DNA of 54,973 bases from Planctomycetota bacterium (GCA_050248855.1 JBFWRP010000031.1:1-54973), one strand, 5' to 3'. Shown: positions 29,476-39,751, numbered from the stretch's first letter. Made by a program: numbers and translations. The notes: generated from the sequence alone by a model not told the origin.

Positions 29476-30867
29476 GTGCGCCCCCCCTCCACGCTCCCCT
29501 TCCGCGGCCCGTTCGGGCTCCTGCTGCTCCTTGCCCTCGCGGCGGCGGGCCCGTCTGCGCGTGCGGACGAGGTGGTCGAGGGCACCGACTTCGCGTACCG
29601 GGTGCCGTCGGACTACCGGACGGCCCCGGCCGATGCGCTGACGGCCGTGCGCTCGCTGGCAACGGCGTTCTTCCAAGCCGCCGAGCCGAAGTCGCCCATC
29701 GTCCCGTTCGGGCGCGGCCACGCCAAGAGCGCCGGCAAGCAGTCCGACGCCGTCGTCATCTTCGGCGCGCCAGTCAGCGGACGCGACGACCATGGCGACG
29801 TCGAGCTGGCGAGCATCGACCCCGATTCCGTTGCCGGGGCCTGGGCCGGCGGCCTGGGGCGCCAGGGCCTGCAGTTTGCGCCGGACCCGATCGAGATCCA
29901 CCAAGACGTCGCGACCTGGGTCCTGGCCAGCGCCAGCTACGCCCGCCCCGATGGCAGCCAGCGTCGCGTGCGCGTCGCGTTGGCGCGCCGCGGGCGCAAC
30001 GGCCTGCTCTTGGCCGTCGATTCCGCGGCCAACCAGGAAACGGCGGTGGCCGTGCTCTGGGAGCGCCTCGTGGCCAGCGCGCGCGTCGGCCGGGATGCGC
30101 CCGAGGCGACGTTGCTGGAGAACCACCCCGCGCTGCTTCCCGGAGGCGCCGCGCTGCTCGGGCTACTCGTGCTGCTCCTCGCGGCGCATGCGGCGCGCCG
30201 ACGGAGCCGCAAGCGCGCGAAGGCGTGGGACCAGCCGCGCATGAGCGCCCACGGCCTGGACCTGCGCACGTTGTCCATGGACCAGCTGCGTCGCGGCGAG
30301 GGCCCCTCGGCGGAGGCCACCGAGCCTGCGCCCCGCAAGCGCAGGCGCCTCCGTGCCCACGAGGAAGTGCCCGATCCGCTCGCGGCCTACCTCGCGCATG
30401 GCAGCACGGCTCCGCAGGCCCCCGTTCCCGAGGCTCCCTTCGCGGCGACGGCCTGGGCCGCGACCCCCGAGATCGATGCCGACGTCGCCAATCGCGTGGG
30501 CGTCGCCGTCGGACAGGAGGCGGACGCGAGCCCGCCTCTCACGGAGCAGCTCGATCCCGAGATGACGGAGCTGGCCCGACGCATGGATGCGGCCGCCGCG
30601 GGAAGCTTCGGCGCGACGGACGTCGACACGATCCCGCCCCTCGGGGCGCCGCCCGCACCCGCACCCACGGATGCGGAGGCGACCGCGATCACGTCCGACG
30701 ACGCGCTCGAGGTGCCGGGACCCGCGGCTCCCGAGGAGCCGCGCGACGAGGACGCGCCGCCGGGTGGGCCCCCGGCTCCGCCCCGCCGCGTGCTCTCCAC
30801 GCCCAGCAAGAACGGGACGCCTGGCGTGCCGCGCCTCCTGCGCAACGACGCCTACCTGGAGGAGTGA
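29476..30867 (+). CDS. Hypothetical single-pass membrane protein with acidic Pro-rich tail
   Basis: Signal peptide (LLLLLALAAAGPSARA-D), globular domain, TM helix followed by RRRSRKR, then a disordered tail. Start uncertain. Confidence 0.65.
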   Translation: MRPPSTLPFRGPFGLLLLLALAAAGPSARADEVVEGTDFAYRVPSDYRTAPADALTAVRSLATAFFQAAEPKSPIVPFGRGHAKSAGKQSDAVVIFGAPVSGRDDHGDVELASIDPDSVAGAWAGGLGRQGLQFAPDPIEIHQDVATWVLASASYARPDGSQRRVRVALARRGRNGLLLAVDSAANQETAVAVLWERLVASARVGRDAPEATLLENHPALLPGGAALLGLLVLLLAAHAARRRSRKRAKAWDQPRMSAHGLDLRTLSMDQLRRGEGPSAEATEPAPRKRRRLRAHEEVPDPLAAYLAHGSTAPQAPVPEAPFAATAWAATPEIDADVANRVGVAVGQEADASPPLTEQLDPEMTELARRMDAAAAGSFGATDVDTIPPLGAPPAPAPTDAEATAITSDDALEVPGPAAPEEPRDEDAPPGGPPAPPRRVLSTPSKNGTPGVPRLLRNDAYLEE

Positions 30868-30908
30868 CGGGACGGCGGTCGAAGGCCCTCCGCAGGTAGC
30901 ATCCCGCC

Positions 30909-31895
30909 ATGGCGATTCCGGCCGAAGCGAGCGATCCGGCCCCCGCGTTCGACATGAGCCGCTTTCGCACCCGACCGCTGGCGGGCCGCGCCCATCGGGT
31001 CGCCGGAGGGGCACTCGCGGGGCTCGTGGCACCGGGCGACTCGCTCGACGCGTTCCTCGACGCGCTCCCCGACATCCTGCAGGTCCAGGCGTTGCGCGAC
31101 TTGGCGCGTTCGCTGGCCGAGGCGTCAGCGCGCGGGCGGCCCGTGCTCTTCGGCCTGGGCGGTCACGTCGTGAAGACGGGTCTCGCCCCCGTGCTCGTCG
31201 ACCTCATGCGCCGCGGGTTTGCGCAGGGGTTCGTGCTCAACGGTGCGGCCGCCATCCATGACGCGGAGATGGCGCTGCACGGGAGCACGTCCGAGGACGT
31301 CGCGGCCGGCCTGTTCGACGGGACCTACGGGACGGCGGACGAGACCGGCCGCTGGTTTGCCGAGGGGGCCGCGCGGGCCGTGCGCGAGGGCATCGGGCTG
31401 GGCACCGCGCTGGCTCGATCGCTCGCCGGGAGATGTCCCGACGCGGCGGAGCGCTCGCTGTTGGTTGCGGCGGGCCAGGCCGACGTGCCCGTCACGGTCC
31501 ACGTCGCGATCGGCACGGACACGGTGCACATGCATCCGGCGTGCGACGGGGCCGCGCTCGGCGCCGGCACGCACCGCGACTTCCTGCGTCTGGCCACGCT
31601 CGTCGAGGGTCTCGACGGCGGCGCCTACGTCAACCTGGGCAGCGCCGTGATCCTGCCCGAGGTGTTCATGAAGGCCGTCGCCATCGCCCACAACGCCCGT
31701 GCGGCCGAGCAGGGGCCCGACGCGCCGCCGATCTCGATCACCACCGGCAACCTCGACATGCTCCGCCACTACCGCCCGCGCGTGAACGTGCTCCAGCGGC
31801 CGGCCAGCCGGGGCTACGAGCTGACGGGCCCGCACGAGATCCTCGTGCCGCTGCTGCGGGCGGCGGTGCTGCAGGCGGCGGAGCGCGGCCGATGA
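30909..31895 (+). CDS. Conserved hypothetical protein, deoxyhypusine-synthase-like fold
   Basis: LGGHVVKTGL, NGAAAIHDAE, GTYGTADETG, VTVHVAIGTD..HMHP, NLGSAVILPEVF.KA, GPHEIL; coupled to hldE. Confidence 0.75.
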   Translation: MAIPAEASDPAPAFDMSRFRTRPLAGRAHRVAGGALAGLVAPGDSLDAFLDALPDILQVQALRDLARSLAEASARGRPVLFGLGGHVVKTGLAPVLVDLMRRGFAQGFVLNGAAAIHDAEMALHGSTSEDVAAGLFDGTYGTADETGRWFAEGAARAVREGIGLGTALARSLAGRCPDAAERSLLVAAGQADVPVTVHVAIGTDTVHMHPACDGAALGAGTHRDFLRLATLVEGLDGGAYVNLGSAVILPEVFMKAVAIAHNARAAEQGPDAPPISITTGNLDMLRHYRPRVNVLQRPASRGYELTGPHEILVPLLRAAVLQAAERGR

Positions 31896-33415
31896 GCCGC
31901 GCCGCCCCCCGCCGTCCGGCGGACGTCCTGCGGGCGCTGGCGGCTCCGCGCCTCGTGGTCGTGGGGGACCTCCTGCTCGACCGCTACGTGGAGGGGCGCG
32001 TCGACCGCATCAGCCCGGAGGCGCCGATCCAGGTGCTCGACGTCAAGGCGCGACGCGAGCTGCTCGGCGGCGCGGGCTTCACGGCGCGTGCCGCGGCCGT
32101 CCTCGGCGCCGCGGTGCGCTTGGTGGGCGTCGTCGGCGCCGACGCCGCGGGCGACCGCGTGCGCCAGATGGCGGCCGACGCGGGCTTGACCTGGAGTGGC
32201 GTCGTCGACGCCAGCCGCCCGACCAGCGTCAAGACGCGGATGCTCGCGCGCAACCACAACACGGCCGCGCAGCAGGTGCTCCGCGTGGACGAAGAGTCCC
32301 GACGGGCGCTCGACGCCTACGTCGAAGCGGCGCTCGTCGGGACCCTGCGGGAGGCGATCGCGACGGCGGACGCGGTGTTGGTCAACGACTATGGCAAGGG
32401 CCTGCTGACGCCGGTCGTGCTGGACGTCGCCGTGCGCGAAGCGCGGGCGCGCGGCGTGGCGGTCGTCGTCGATCCCCACAAGGGAAGCGATGTCGAGGGC
32501 TACCGTGGCGCGACCGCGTTCACGCCCAACCGCAGCGAGACCGAGCGCACGACGGGCCTTCGCGTGGCCTCCGTCGAGCAGGCCGGCGCGGCGGGCGCCC
32601 AGCTGGCCCGCGATCTCCGGCTCGACGTGACGCTCGTCACGCTGGACCGCGACGGCATGCTCCTGGCGTGGGCCGACGGGAGCTACGAGCACGTGCCCAC
32701 GACGCCGCGCGAGGTGTTCGACGTCACGGGCGCCGGCGACGTGGTCCTCGCCACGTTCGGGATCGCCCTGGCCAGCGGGGCGACGCCGCGCGAGGCGGCT
32801 GAGCTCGCCAACATCGCCGCCGGCCTGGAGGTCGAGCGCGTCGGCGTCGTCCCGATCACGCGCGAGGAGATCGCCGCCCGTCTCGTGGCCACCGCGGCCG
32901 ACACGCTCGGCAAGGTCGTCGATCGCAGCGAGCTGCCCGCCCTGCGCGCCCGTCTCGCCGATGCGGGTCGGCAGCTGGTGTTCACCAACGGCTGCTTCGA
33001 CCTCCTGCACGCGGGCCATGTGCGCTACCTCGCACGCGCGAAGGCCGAGGGCGACGTCTTGGTCGTCGGCGTGAACGACGACGAGTCCGTGCGACGGCTC
33101 AAGGGCGAGGGGCGCCCGGTGAACACGCTCGGCGACCGCTTGGAAGTGCTTGCGGGTCTGGCCGCAGTCGATCACCTCGTGGCCTTCCACGAGGACACGC
33201 CCGCGGCCCTCGTGGCCGCCCTCCAGCCCGACGTGCTCGTCAAGGGCGCCGACTGGAAGGACAAGGGCGTCGTCGGCAGCGACGTCGTGACGGCCCGTGG
33301 GGGCCGCGTCGTGCTGGTGGACCTGCTCGAAGGGCGCAGCACGACGGGTTTGGTCGAACGCATCCGGACGGTCGAAGCGACACCGTCCGGCGATGCGCGG
33401 CAGTCCGGAGGGTAG
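31892..33415 (+). CDS. hldE: Bifunctional heptose 7-phosphate kinase / heptose 1-phosphate adenylyltransferase
   Basis: VVGDLLLDRY..RISPEAP, DYGKG, FTPNRSE, VFDVTGAGD, FTNGCFDLLHAGH, VLVKGADW, STTGLVERI. Confidence 0.95.
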   Translation: MSRAAPRRPADVLRALAAPRLVVVGDLLLDRYVEGRVDRISPEAPIQVLDVKARRELLGGAGFTARAAAVLGAAVRLVGVVGADAAGDRVRQMAADAGLTWSGVVDASRPTSVKTRMLARNHNTAAQQVLRVDEESRRALDAYVEAALVGTLREAIATADAVLVNDYGKGLLTPVVLDVAVREARARGVAVVVDPHKGSDVEGYRGATAFTPNRSETERTTGLRVASVEQAGAAGAQLARDLRLDVTLVTLDRDGMLLAWADGSYEHVPTTPREVFDVTGAGDVVLATFGIALASGATPREAAELANIAAGLEVERVGVVPITREEIAARLVATAADTLGKVVDRSELPALRARLADAGRQLVFTNGCFDLLHAGHVRYLARAKAEGDVLVVGVNDDESVRRLKGEGRPVNTLGDRLEVLAGLAAVDHLVAFHEDTPAALVAALQPDVLVKGADWKDKGVVGSDVVTARGGRVVLVDLLEGRSTTGLVERIRTVEATPSGDARQSGG

Positions 33416-33420
33416 GCACC

Positions 33421-34887
33421 ATGCGGATGGCACGTGCGGCGGCGGGGCTCTTCCTGGTGGCGCTCTTGGCCGTGCCCGCTCGTGCCGATCCCGGCTACGC
33501 GTCGGACCCGCGCTTCGCCGAGCTCCGCCGGACGGAAGCCAAGGAGCTGGGCGCGCTGCTGGCGAAGGCGAGGAAGCAGGACTACCTCGCGCAGGCCTGG
33601 TGGCTGGTCAATCGGCTCCTCACCATCGATCCGCAGCATGAGGCCGCGCTGGAGCTGGCCGAGTCCATCACGCCGGACCAGATCGAGCAGGGCGCGGCGC
33701 CCGACGACAAGTTCGCCAAGCAGCGCGACAAGACGTTCCAGGAGCTGGGCGATCTCTACTTCCACTTCGGCGAGCAGTGCGAGGCCTCGGGCATGGACCC
33801 GCAGGCGTACTACCCCCTCAACATCCAGGCCTTGTCCTACGGCAGCCGGGCGGGCCCCCTGGTGACCTCGCTGGAGGGCGCAGGCTTCATCTGGCTCCAG
33901 ACGTTCGGCGACGTCGAGCGCGCCCGCATGGAGACCCTGCTCGACTCCGTGTCCCTGCGCGCCACCTGGCCGGCGCCCTGGGACGACGGCTACATGCGCG
34001 TCAAGGCGCGCTGGCCCGAAGCGCGCGTCGCGGACCTGGGCGACGTGCGCCTGCTCACGGACCTGCCGCCGGAGCCCGCCCTGCGCTTGCTGCGCATCGT
34101 GGGCGAGGTCGACGCCGTGATCGGAGCGTGGGAGGGAGGTCGCGCCGCGGCCAAGCGCGCACGGGCCGGGGCGACCGCCGGTGACCCGCACCAGCTCCTG
34201 GTCTTCGCGGATGGGGACCGCTACGAGAAGCTGGGTCCGGAGCTGGTGGATGAGCGCGACCGCGAGGACCTGCTGGCCCGCAGCGTGTTCCGGGCGCGCA
34301 GCCGCAATCGCACGCTCGTCTCGTTCGCGCACCGGCAGCACCCCTTCGTGTCGGGAGAGGCCGCCGTGGCGGGCGCGGCGGCGGGCCTCCTGGCCCGCAT
34401 GCGGTACGGCGCGGGGCAGGGCGGCTGGGTACGCGGTCGCGGCGCCTGGCTGCTGGACGGCATCGCCGGCGCGTTCGAGGGGTTTGCGCTCGACGACGAA
34501 GGCCGCGCCACGATCGATCCAGGTCGCTGTTGGAGCCTCGCCGTGGCCAAGGAGCTGCGCGACAGTGGGCGGCTCCTGCCCTGGGACGAGCTGCTCGAGC
34601 TCGACGAAGCGAAGGCCAAGGATGTGGCGCTCGTGGACGTGGAGACCGAGATCGCGGGCACGAAGCGCGTGGTGAGCAAGGTCGACGTCGTGCGGGTGCA
34701 GGCGACCGCCCTCGTCGTGGCCCTCGTCAAGACGGACGGCGAGCGGGGCGCGCGGCGCTTCGCGAAGCTCGTCGCCGATCTCGTCAAGCGCGACAGCCTT
34801 CCGGACATCGACAAGGCCATGGGCTGGAAGAAGGGCCGCGCCGTCGAAGAAGCCCTGCGTGCGATGGACGCGTCGAACGCGAAGTAG
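33421..34887 (+). CDS. Secreted hypothetical protein with a degenerate DUF1570/peptidase-MA-like C-terminal region
   Basis: Signal peptide (LLAVPARA-D) and helical N-terminal domain. WLLDGIAGAFE, LLPWDELL and QATALV resemble peptidase-MA motifs, but there is no HExxH. Confidence 0.6.
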   Translation: MRMARAAAGLFLVALLAVPARADPGYASDPRFAELRRTEAKELGALLAKARKQDYLAQAWWLVNRLLTIDPQHEAALELAESITPDQIEQGAAPDDKFAKQRDKTFQELGDLYFHFGEQCEASGMDPQAYYPLNIQALSYGSRAGPLVTSLEGAGFIWLQTFGDVERARMETLLDSVSLRATWPAPWDDGYMRVKARWPEARVADLGDVRLLTDLPPEPALRLLRIVGEVDAVIGAWEGGRAAAKRARAGATAGDPHQLLVFADGDRYEKLGPELVDERDREDLLARSVFRARSRNRTLVSFAHRQHPFVSGEAAVAGAAAGLLARMRYGAGQGGWVRGRGAWLLDGIAGAFEGFALDDEGRATIDPGRCWSLAVAKELRDSGRLLPWDELLELDEAKAKDVALVDVETEIAGTKRVVSKVDVVRVQATALVVALVKTDGERGARRFAKLVADLVKRDSLPDIDKAMGWKKGRAVEEALRAMDASNAK

Positions 34888-34941
34888 CGGTACCGGTACG
34901 GCGTACATCCGCACCCGACTCCGTAGACCCATCCCGTAGAT

Positions 34942-36171
34942 CTACCGCGGCGTGATCACGGGGTTCTTGAGCCGTCCGGCACTCCGCTTGAGGAAGAGGA
35001 TCGCGAAGGCGGTGTCGCGCAGGTAGTCGTAGAAGTCCCACGATCCGTTGCCCCGCTGGGACTCCAGCAAGTAGGTCGCGCCTTCCAGGTACCAGTCGTA
35101 GCGGCCCATGAACCGCGCGCGAGCCAGGAGCCCGGCCCGTTCCATGCCATAGAGGTAGTACGTGAGGTGCTGCGTGGCGTCGCCGGCGGCTCCCGGGTTG
35201 GACTTCACGTCGAAGTGCTCCTGCATCCAGGCCAGGGCATCCTCGATCGACTTGCGGACGCGTTTGCGCAGCTTGGGCGGGAAGCGTCGCGAACCCCACA
35301 GGTGCTCTTGGCAGATGGCCAGGCACGCGATGCCTGCCGTCGTCATGGATCCCGAGTAGGGGTGGTTCTCCATGTAGCGGAAGCCCCGCTCGCGGGCGTC
35401 CTGGGTCCAGACGACGCGGTACTCGCCGCGCACTTCATTCACGTGGAGCTTCACCGGCCGCCCCGTGGGCGCCTGGACGCCCAGGAGCCACGTGAGGCTG
35501 GACATCCAGACCGCCTCGGGGATCTCGAACCCGCAACGCGCGGCGGCCCACAGGCCCAGCAACGCGTACTGCGTGTTGGAGAGGTCCATGCCGCCTTCCG
35601 GGTAGCGCCAGTGACCGTCGGTCTGGTTCTCCAGCAGGAACGTGACGGCCCTCTGCATCCAGGCCCGGTCCTCCTTCGGGATGCTCTCCGCGCAGCCTTC
35701 GTCGACCTGCGCCGCCCCCTTGTCGTCGACCGGCGGGTCGCTCCACGGGTTCTGGGGCGTTCCGTACCGGGCGTGCAGCAACAGGAGCAGGGTGCCTGCG
35801 TCGTAGGTCCCCGTGATCGGCATCGGGCGCATGGCGCCGAGCGCACGCTCGATCGCTTCATCTTCCACCGGCACACCGCCCACGAGCAGGGCCAGGGTCA
35901 CCAGCGCGGTGTAGCCGAGACGGTGGCGGTCGAGAGCCGCAGGCACGGTCCACGTCCCGTCGGCCAGCTGGGCGACACGCAACCGGCCGACGCCCTGGTC
36001 GACGGCTGCGTCCACGCGGCGCCGGAAGCCCTCCGGGTAGGGGTCGTTCTTCTCCTGCGCCGGCTTGCCGTCCTTGTCCTCGGCGCCCGCCGTGTGCACG
36101 CTCCCGGCGAGCGCGCCGCACAGGGTGAGGGCCAGCGCCGCCAGGCCGCGGATCCAACGCGATTCGTCCAT
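34942..36171 (-). CDS. Secreted prenyltransferase/squalene-cyclase-like repeat protein, 409 aa
   Basis: QLADGTW, NQTDGHWRY, DLSNTQYALLGL, GSMTTAGIACL, YYLYGMERAG, DWYLEGA..LLESQRGNGSW, TAFAILFL. Confidence 0.85.
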   Translation of the reverse strand: MDESRWIRGLAALALTLCGALAGSVHTAGAEDKDGKPAQEKNDPYPEGFRRRVDAAVDQGVGRLRVAQLADGTWTVPAALDRHRLGYTALVTLALLVGGVPVEDEAIERALGAMRPMPITGTYDAGTLLLLLHARYGTPQNPWSDPPVDDKGAAQVDEGCAESIPKEDRAWMQRAVTFLLENQTDGHWRYPEGGMDLSNTQYALLGLWAAARCGFEIPEAVWMSSLTWLLGVQAPTGRPVKLHVNEVRGEYRVVWTQDARERGFRYMENHPYSGSMTTAGIACLAICQEHLWGSRRFPPKLRKRVRKSIEDALAWMQEHFDVKSNPGAAGDATQHLTYYLYGMERAGLLARARFMGRYDWYLEGATYLLESQRGNGSWDFYDYLRDTAFAILFLKRSAGRLKNPVITPR

Positions 36172-36242
36172 GCCTCCGTTGTACCGACGACGCCTCGCCC
36201 GCGGCAGGCCGACGTTGCGACCGGGGCGTAGACTTCGCGCCC

Positions 36243-36866
36243 GTGCCCGCCGACCCCGCCCGAGCCGTGTTCCTCGACCGCGACGGGACCATGATCCGCG
36301 ATCCCGGCTACTTGGGCGACCCGGCCCGCGTGAAGCTGCTCCCGGGCGTGGGCGACGCGCTCCGCGCCCTCGCCGAGGCTGGCTTCGTGCTCGTCGTCGT
36401 GACGAACCAGAGCGGCATCGCACGCGGCCGCTACACGGAGACGGACTACCAAGCCGTTCGCGCGCGGCTCGACGAGCTGCTGGCGGCGGAAGGCGTGACA
36501 CTTGCCGCCTCGTACCACTGTCCGTTCCATCCGGAAGGCAGCGTGCCCGCCTACGCCTGCGAGCACGAGGACCGCAAGCCCGAGCCGGGCATGTGGCTGC
36601 GCGCCGCGCGCGACCTTTCGATCGACCTGGCGGGCAGCTGGTCGATCGGCGATGGCGAGCGCGACGTGGTCGCGGGCAAGCGCGCCGGTACGCGCGCCAT
36701 CCTGCTGGCGGCGGGGCGTGACAAGTGGCCCCTGCCCGTGAAGGGCCCCTACGACCCCGATTTCGTCGCTCGCGACGTGCGCGAGGCGGTGCTCGCGCTG
36801 CTCGACGCCGAGGGTCGCCCGCTGCCCACCCGTCCGGGTGCGCCGCTGTCCCGGGGACCGTCATGA
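36243..36866 (+). CDS. gmhB: D-glycero-D-manno-heptose 1,7-bisphosphate phosphatase
   Basis: AVFLDRDGT, VVTNQSGIARG, YHCPFHP, RKPEPGM, SWSIGD. Confidence 0.92.
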   Translation: MPADPARAVFLDRDGTMIRDPGYLGDPARVKLLPGVGDALRALAEAGFVLVVVTNQSGIARGRYTETDYQAVRARLDELLAAEGVTLAASYHCPFHPEGSVPAYACEHEDRKPEPGMWLRAARDLSIDLAGSWSIGDGERDVVAGKRAGTRAILLAAGRDKWPLPVKGPYDPDFVARDVREAVLALLDAEGRPLPTRPGAPLSRGPS

Positions 36867-37666
36867 GCCAGCAGGGCTCGCCGCGCGAGCCGACCGACCG
36901 CCTGGCGCCCTGGGCCGGGCAGGGCCTGGCCGGGTTCGTGCAGCGGGCGCGGCGTGAGGCCCTCGACGCGGCGCGCCTGCTCGATGTCGCCCACGTGATC
37001 GAGGGCAAGCCCGGCGTGTACGTGAGCGGGGATGCGGGACGGTTCGTGCGCCGCATCGACGTCGCGGGCAGGTCCGTGCTCGTCACCGTCACACGGCCCT
37101 CGGGGCGCGCGCCGCGGGCTCTCGAGACGGCCCACCACCACGTGGCGCTGCGTGCCGTCGGCCTCGGCGCGCTCGAACCGTGGCTCGCGCTGGAGGGTGT
37201 CCACGACCGCGAACGCGTGGGCGTGCTGATGACGAGCGCACCGCCCGGTCCCACGCTCGAGGCTTGGCTTGCCGCGGGGCCGTCGAGGGCGGCGCGGCGC
37301 GAGCGCGCCGATGATGTCGGTCGGGCGCTGCGCGCCCTGCACACGGCGCGCTTCACGCTTCCGCGCGTCACGGCATGGACCGTGGCTCTCGCTCCACGAC
37401 CCGGCTGGCGCCACGTCGTGTTCGTGGACCTGGCCAGCCTGCGACGCCTGGGTCGCCGCTTGTCGCTGCGGGCCGTGGCGCGCGATCTCGCGGCCCTGGA
37501 CGTGTCGCTCGGCGACCTCGTCTCGGACCGCGAGCGTCTGCGAGCACTTCGGGCCTGGCTCGGTGGGACGCTCGATCGCGCGCGTCCCTGGCTCCGGCGC
37601 TTGGAGCGCGTGCGTCGGCAGCTGGCCGGCAAGCCGTGGTTGCAGCGGCCGACGGTGGCGTCGTGA
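36863..37666 (+). CDS. LPS kinase (Kdo/WaaP/InaA)-like protein with degenerate catalytic loop
   Basis: VGRALRALH, VFVDL, ARDLAALD..S..ERLR.LR architecture inside an LPS-core cluster. Confidence 0.6.
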   Translation: MSQQGSPREPTDRLAPWAGQGLAGFVQRARREALDAARLLDVAHVIEGKPGVYVSGDAGRFVRRIDVAGRSVLVTVTRPSGRAPRALETAHHHVALRAVGLGALEPWLALEGVHDRERVGVLMTSAPPGPTLEAWLAAGPSRAARRERADDVGRALRALHTARFTLPRVTAWTVALAPRPGWRHVVFVDLASLRRLGRRLSLRAVARDLAALDVSLGDLVSDRERLRALRAWLGGTLDRARPWLRRLERVRRQLAGKPWLQRPTVAS

Positions 37667-38709
37667 AGCTGGGCGTGCGAGGCGGTCCGGGCATCGCACC
37701 CGACGCGCGGGCCGACGAGCTGGCGGAGGCCCTTGTCGCCCGCTGCCGCGCCGCGGGCGACGAAGGCCAAGTCGTCGCGCCGGGCGAGGCGTACGACGTC
37801 GACGTGGTCCTCGCGCTGCAGCCGACGGCGCGCTGCGATGTATACCTGCCGCTCGACGGCTTGGTGGCCGACGCGCGCATCGCGGGGGACCGCGCACGAC
37901 GACCGGGCTTCCTGGAGCGCGTGCAGCGTCGGCTCGGGGACGCCCGCCATCGCGCTCGCCTGCAGGCCGAGCGGCAGCTGCTCGCCCACGGCGAAGGCCC
38001 GCTCGTGCTTGCCGTGTCCGAGGCGCTTCGCCAGCGCCTGCGCGTCGTGTACCCGCAAGCGGCGCGACGGATCGCCGTCGTACCGCGCGGCGTCGACATC
38101 GAGCACTTCCAGCGTGAGCCGTGGGTTGGACCCGGGCTCCAGCTGCGGCGCCAGCTCGGCCTTGAGGGGACGTATGTGGCGCTCTTCGCAGCCCGCGACC
38201 CCTGGCGGGGCGGCTTGGAGACGGCGCTGCGCGCCGTGCAACGCGCCCGCGACAGCCACCCCTGCGTGCACCTGGTCGTGACGGGCTGCCACATGCCGCG
38301 CGCCCTGCGCCGGCACGTGCGTCGGCTGGACATCGCGGCTCGCGTCCATGCCCTCGGCCCCTGCGACGACCTGCGCCCGTGGCTGGCGACCGCCGACGTG
38401 CTCGCCCATCCCACCTGGTACGCCCCGGCGAGCCCGCTCGTGCTCGAGGCGCTGGCGATGTCCCTGCCCGTCATCACCACGCCCGTGGACGGCGCGCGCG
38501 AGGTCATGGGCCAGCGCGGCGGCATCGTGCTGGAGGGGCCCGGCGAGCCGGAGGCCCTGGCGGTGGCCTTCGGCACCCTGGCCGACGAGGAGCTCCGTGC
38601 CTTCACCCGCGAGGACGCGCGCTACGTCGCCTTGCGCACGCGCTTGGCGACGCGCCTGGACCAGATCCTCGACCACTGCCGCGATGTGCTCGCGCGGCGA
38701 CGTGCTTGA
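37663..38709 (+). CDS. Glycosyltransferase family 4 (WaaG-like)
   Basis: VLAVSE, IAVVPRGVDIEHF, ADVLAHPTWYAPASPLVLEALAMSLPVITT. Confidence 0.8.
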   Translation: MKLGVRGGPGIAPDARADELAEALVARCRAAGDEGQVVAPGEAYDVDVVLALQPTARCDVYLPLDGLVADARIAGDRARRPGFLERVQRRLGDARHRARLQAERQLLAHGEGPLVLAVSEALRQRLRVVYPQAARRIAVVPRGVDIEHFQREPWVGPGLQLRRQLGLEGTYVALFAARDPWRGGLETALRAVQRARDSHPCVHLVVTGCHMPRALRRHVRRLDIAARVHALGPCDDLRPWLATADVLAHPTWYAPASPLVLEALAMSLPVITTPVDGAREVMGQRGGIVLEGPGEPEALAVAFGTLADEELRAFTREDARYVALRTRLATRLDQILDHCRDVLARRRA

Positions 38710-38749
38710 GGGACGCACGAGAGGGGCGGGGGCCGCATACGCTGGACGC

Positions 38750-39751
38750 GTGGCGGCGGCACGGACCCTGGCGATCCTCACGTCGGACCCCGACGGGCCG
38801 GTGGTGCGTCATCGCTTCCGGGCGTACGCACCCGCACTGGAGCGTCGTGGGGTGCACCTCGCCATCGTCCCGTGGCCCAAGTCGAATGCGATGCGGCGCG
38901 AAGCGCTCGAGCGCGTCGGTCGGGCCGACGCGACGATCGTCAGCTCGCGGCTGCTCACGGTGCGCGACGTGGGCCGCGTGCGGGAGCGTGCCAAGCGGCT
39001 GGGCTTCGACTTCGACGATGCGCTGCCCTATCGCGACAGCCGGCGCGGCGCGAGCCGCTCGTTCACCCGTCGGCGCCGCTTCGCGGCCATCGTGCGCGCC
39101 GCGGACCGCGTCACGTGCGGCAACCCCTACCTGGCCCGCTTGGCCACCGAGCAGGGCGGGGAGGCGACCGTGCTGCCCACCGCCGTCGAGGTGGGCGAGC
39201 GGCCCCAGGCGACTCCGCCCGAGAAGGGCCTGCCGGCCATCGGCTGGATCGGGAGCCATGCGACGATCGGCTACCTGGAGGAGCGGGCGGTCGTGTTCAG
39301 CGCGCTCGTCGCGTCGGGGCGCTCCTACCGCCTGCGCGTGATCGCGGACGCGGAGCCGTCGTTCCCTCCCGGTGTGGCCGTCGAGCCGGTGCGGTACACG
39401 GAGCACAGCTGGGAGGCGGCGCTGGCCGGCGTGCGTTTCGGGTTGGCGCCGCTGTCCGACGACGCCTGGACGCGGGGCCGTTGTGGGTTGCGCCTCCTGC
39501 AGACGCTGGCCGTGGGTCGGCCCTGCGTGGCCAGCGCGGTCGGCGTCCAGACCGAGCAAGTGCGGCACGGCGAGACGGGCTGGCTCGCGCTTGACCGCGA
39601 GGGCTTCCTCGAGGGCATGGTGGCCTTGTTCGACGATCCCGACCGCTGCCGCGTGATGGGGGAGGCGGGTTTCGAGGACGTCAAGTCGCGATGGTCCGTG
39701 GAGGCCTGGTCGGGCCGCGTCGTGGATGCCTGGGAGGCCCTGCTCGCATGA
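38750..39751 (+). CDS. Glycosyltransferase family 4
   Basis: FDFDDA, CGNPYLA, VLPT, IGWIGS, PL.DD.WTRGRCG, GRPCVASAVG..VRHGETG. Alternative start at 38702. Confidence 0.85.
   Translation: MAAARTLAILTSDPDGPVVRHRFRAYAPALERRGVHLAIVPWPKSNAMRREALERVGRADATIVSSRLLTVRDVGRVRERAKRLGFDFDDALPYRDSRRGASRSFTRRRRFAAIVRAADRVTCGNPYLARLATEQGGEATVLPTAVEVGERPQATPPEKGLPAIGWIGSHATIGYLEERAVVFSALVASGRSYRLRVIADAEPSFPPGVAVEPVRYTEHSWEAALAGVRFGLAPLSDDAWTRGRCGLRLLQTLAVGRPCVASAVGVQTEQVRHGETGWLALDREGFLEGMVALFDDPDRCRVMGEAGFEDVKSRWSVEAWSGRVVDAWEALLA

Noticed and set aside
36172..38781. 1279-aa ORF 34942..38781 and other long Arg/Pro-rich ORFs (16710..19268, 47852..50842, 45188..46714 extension)
   Set aside because: These are high-GC shadow frames overlapping better-supported genes.
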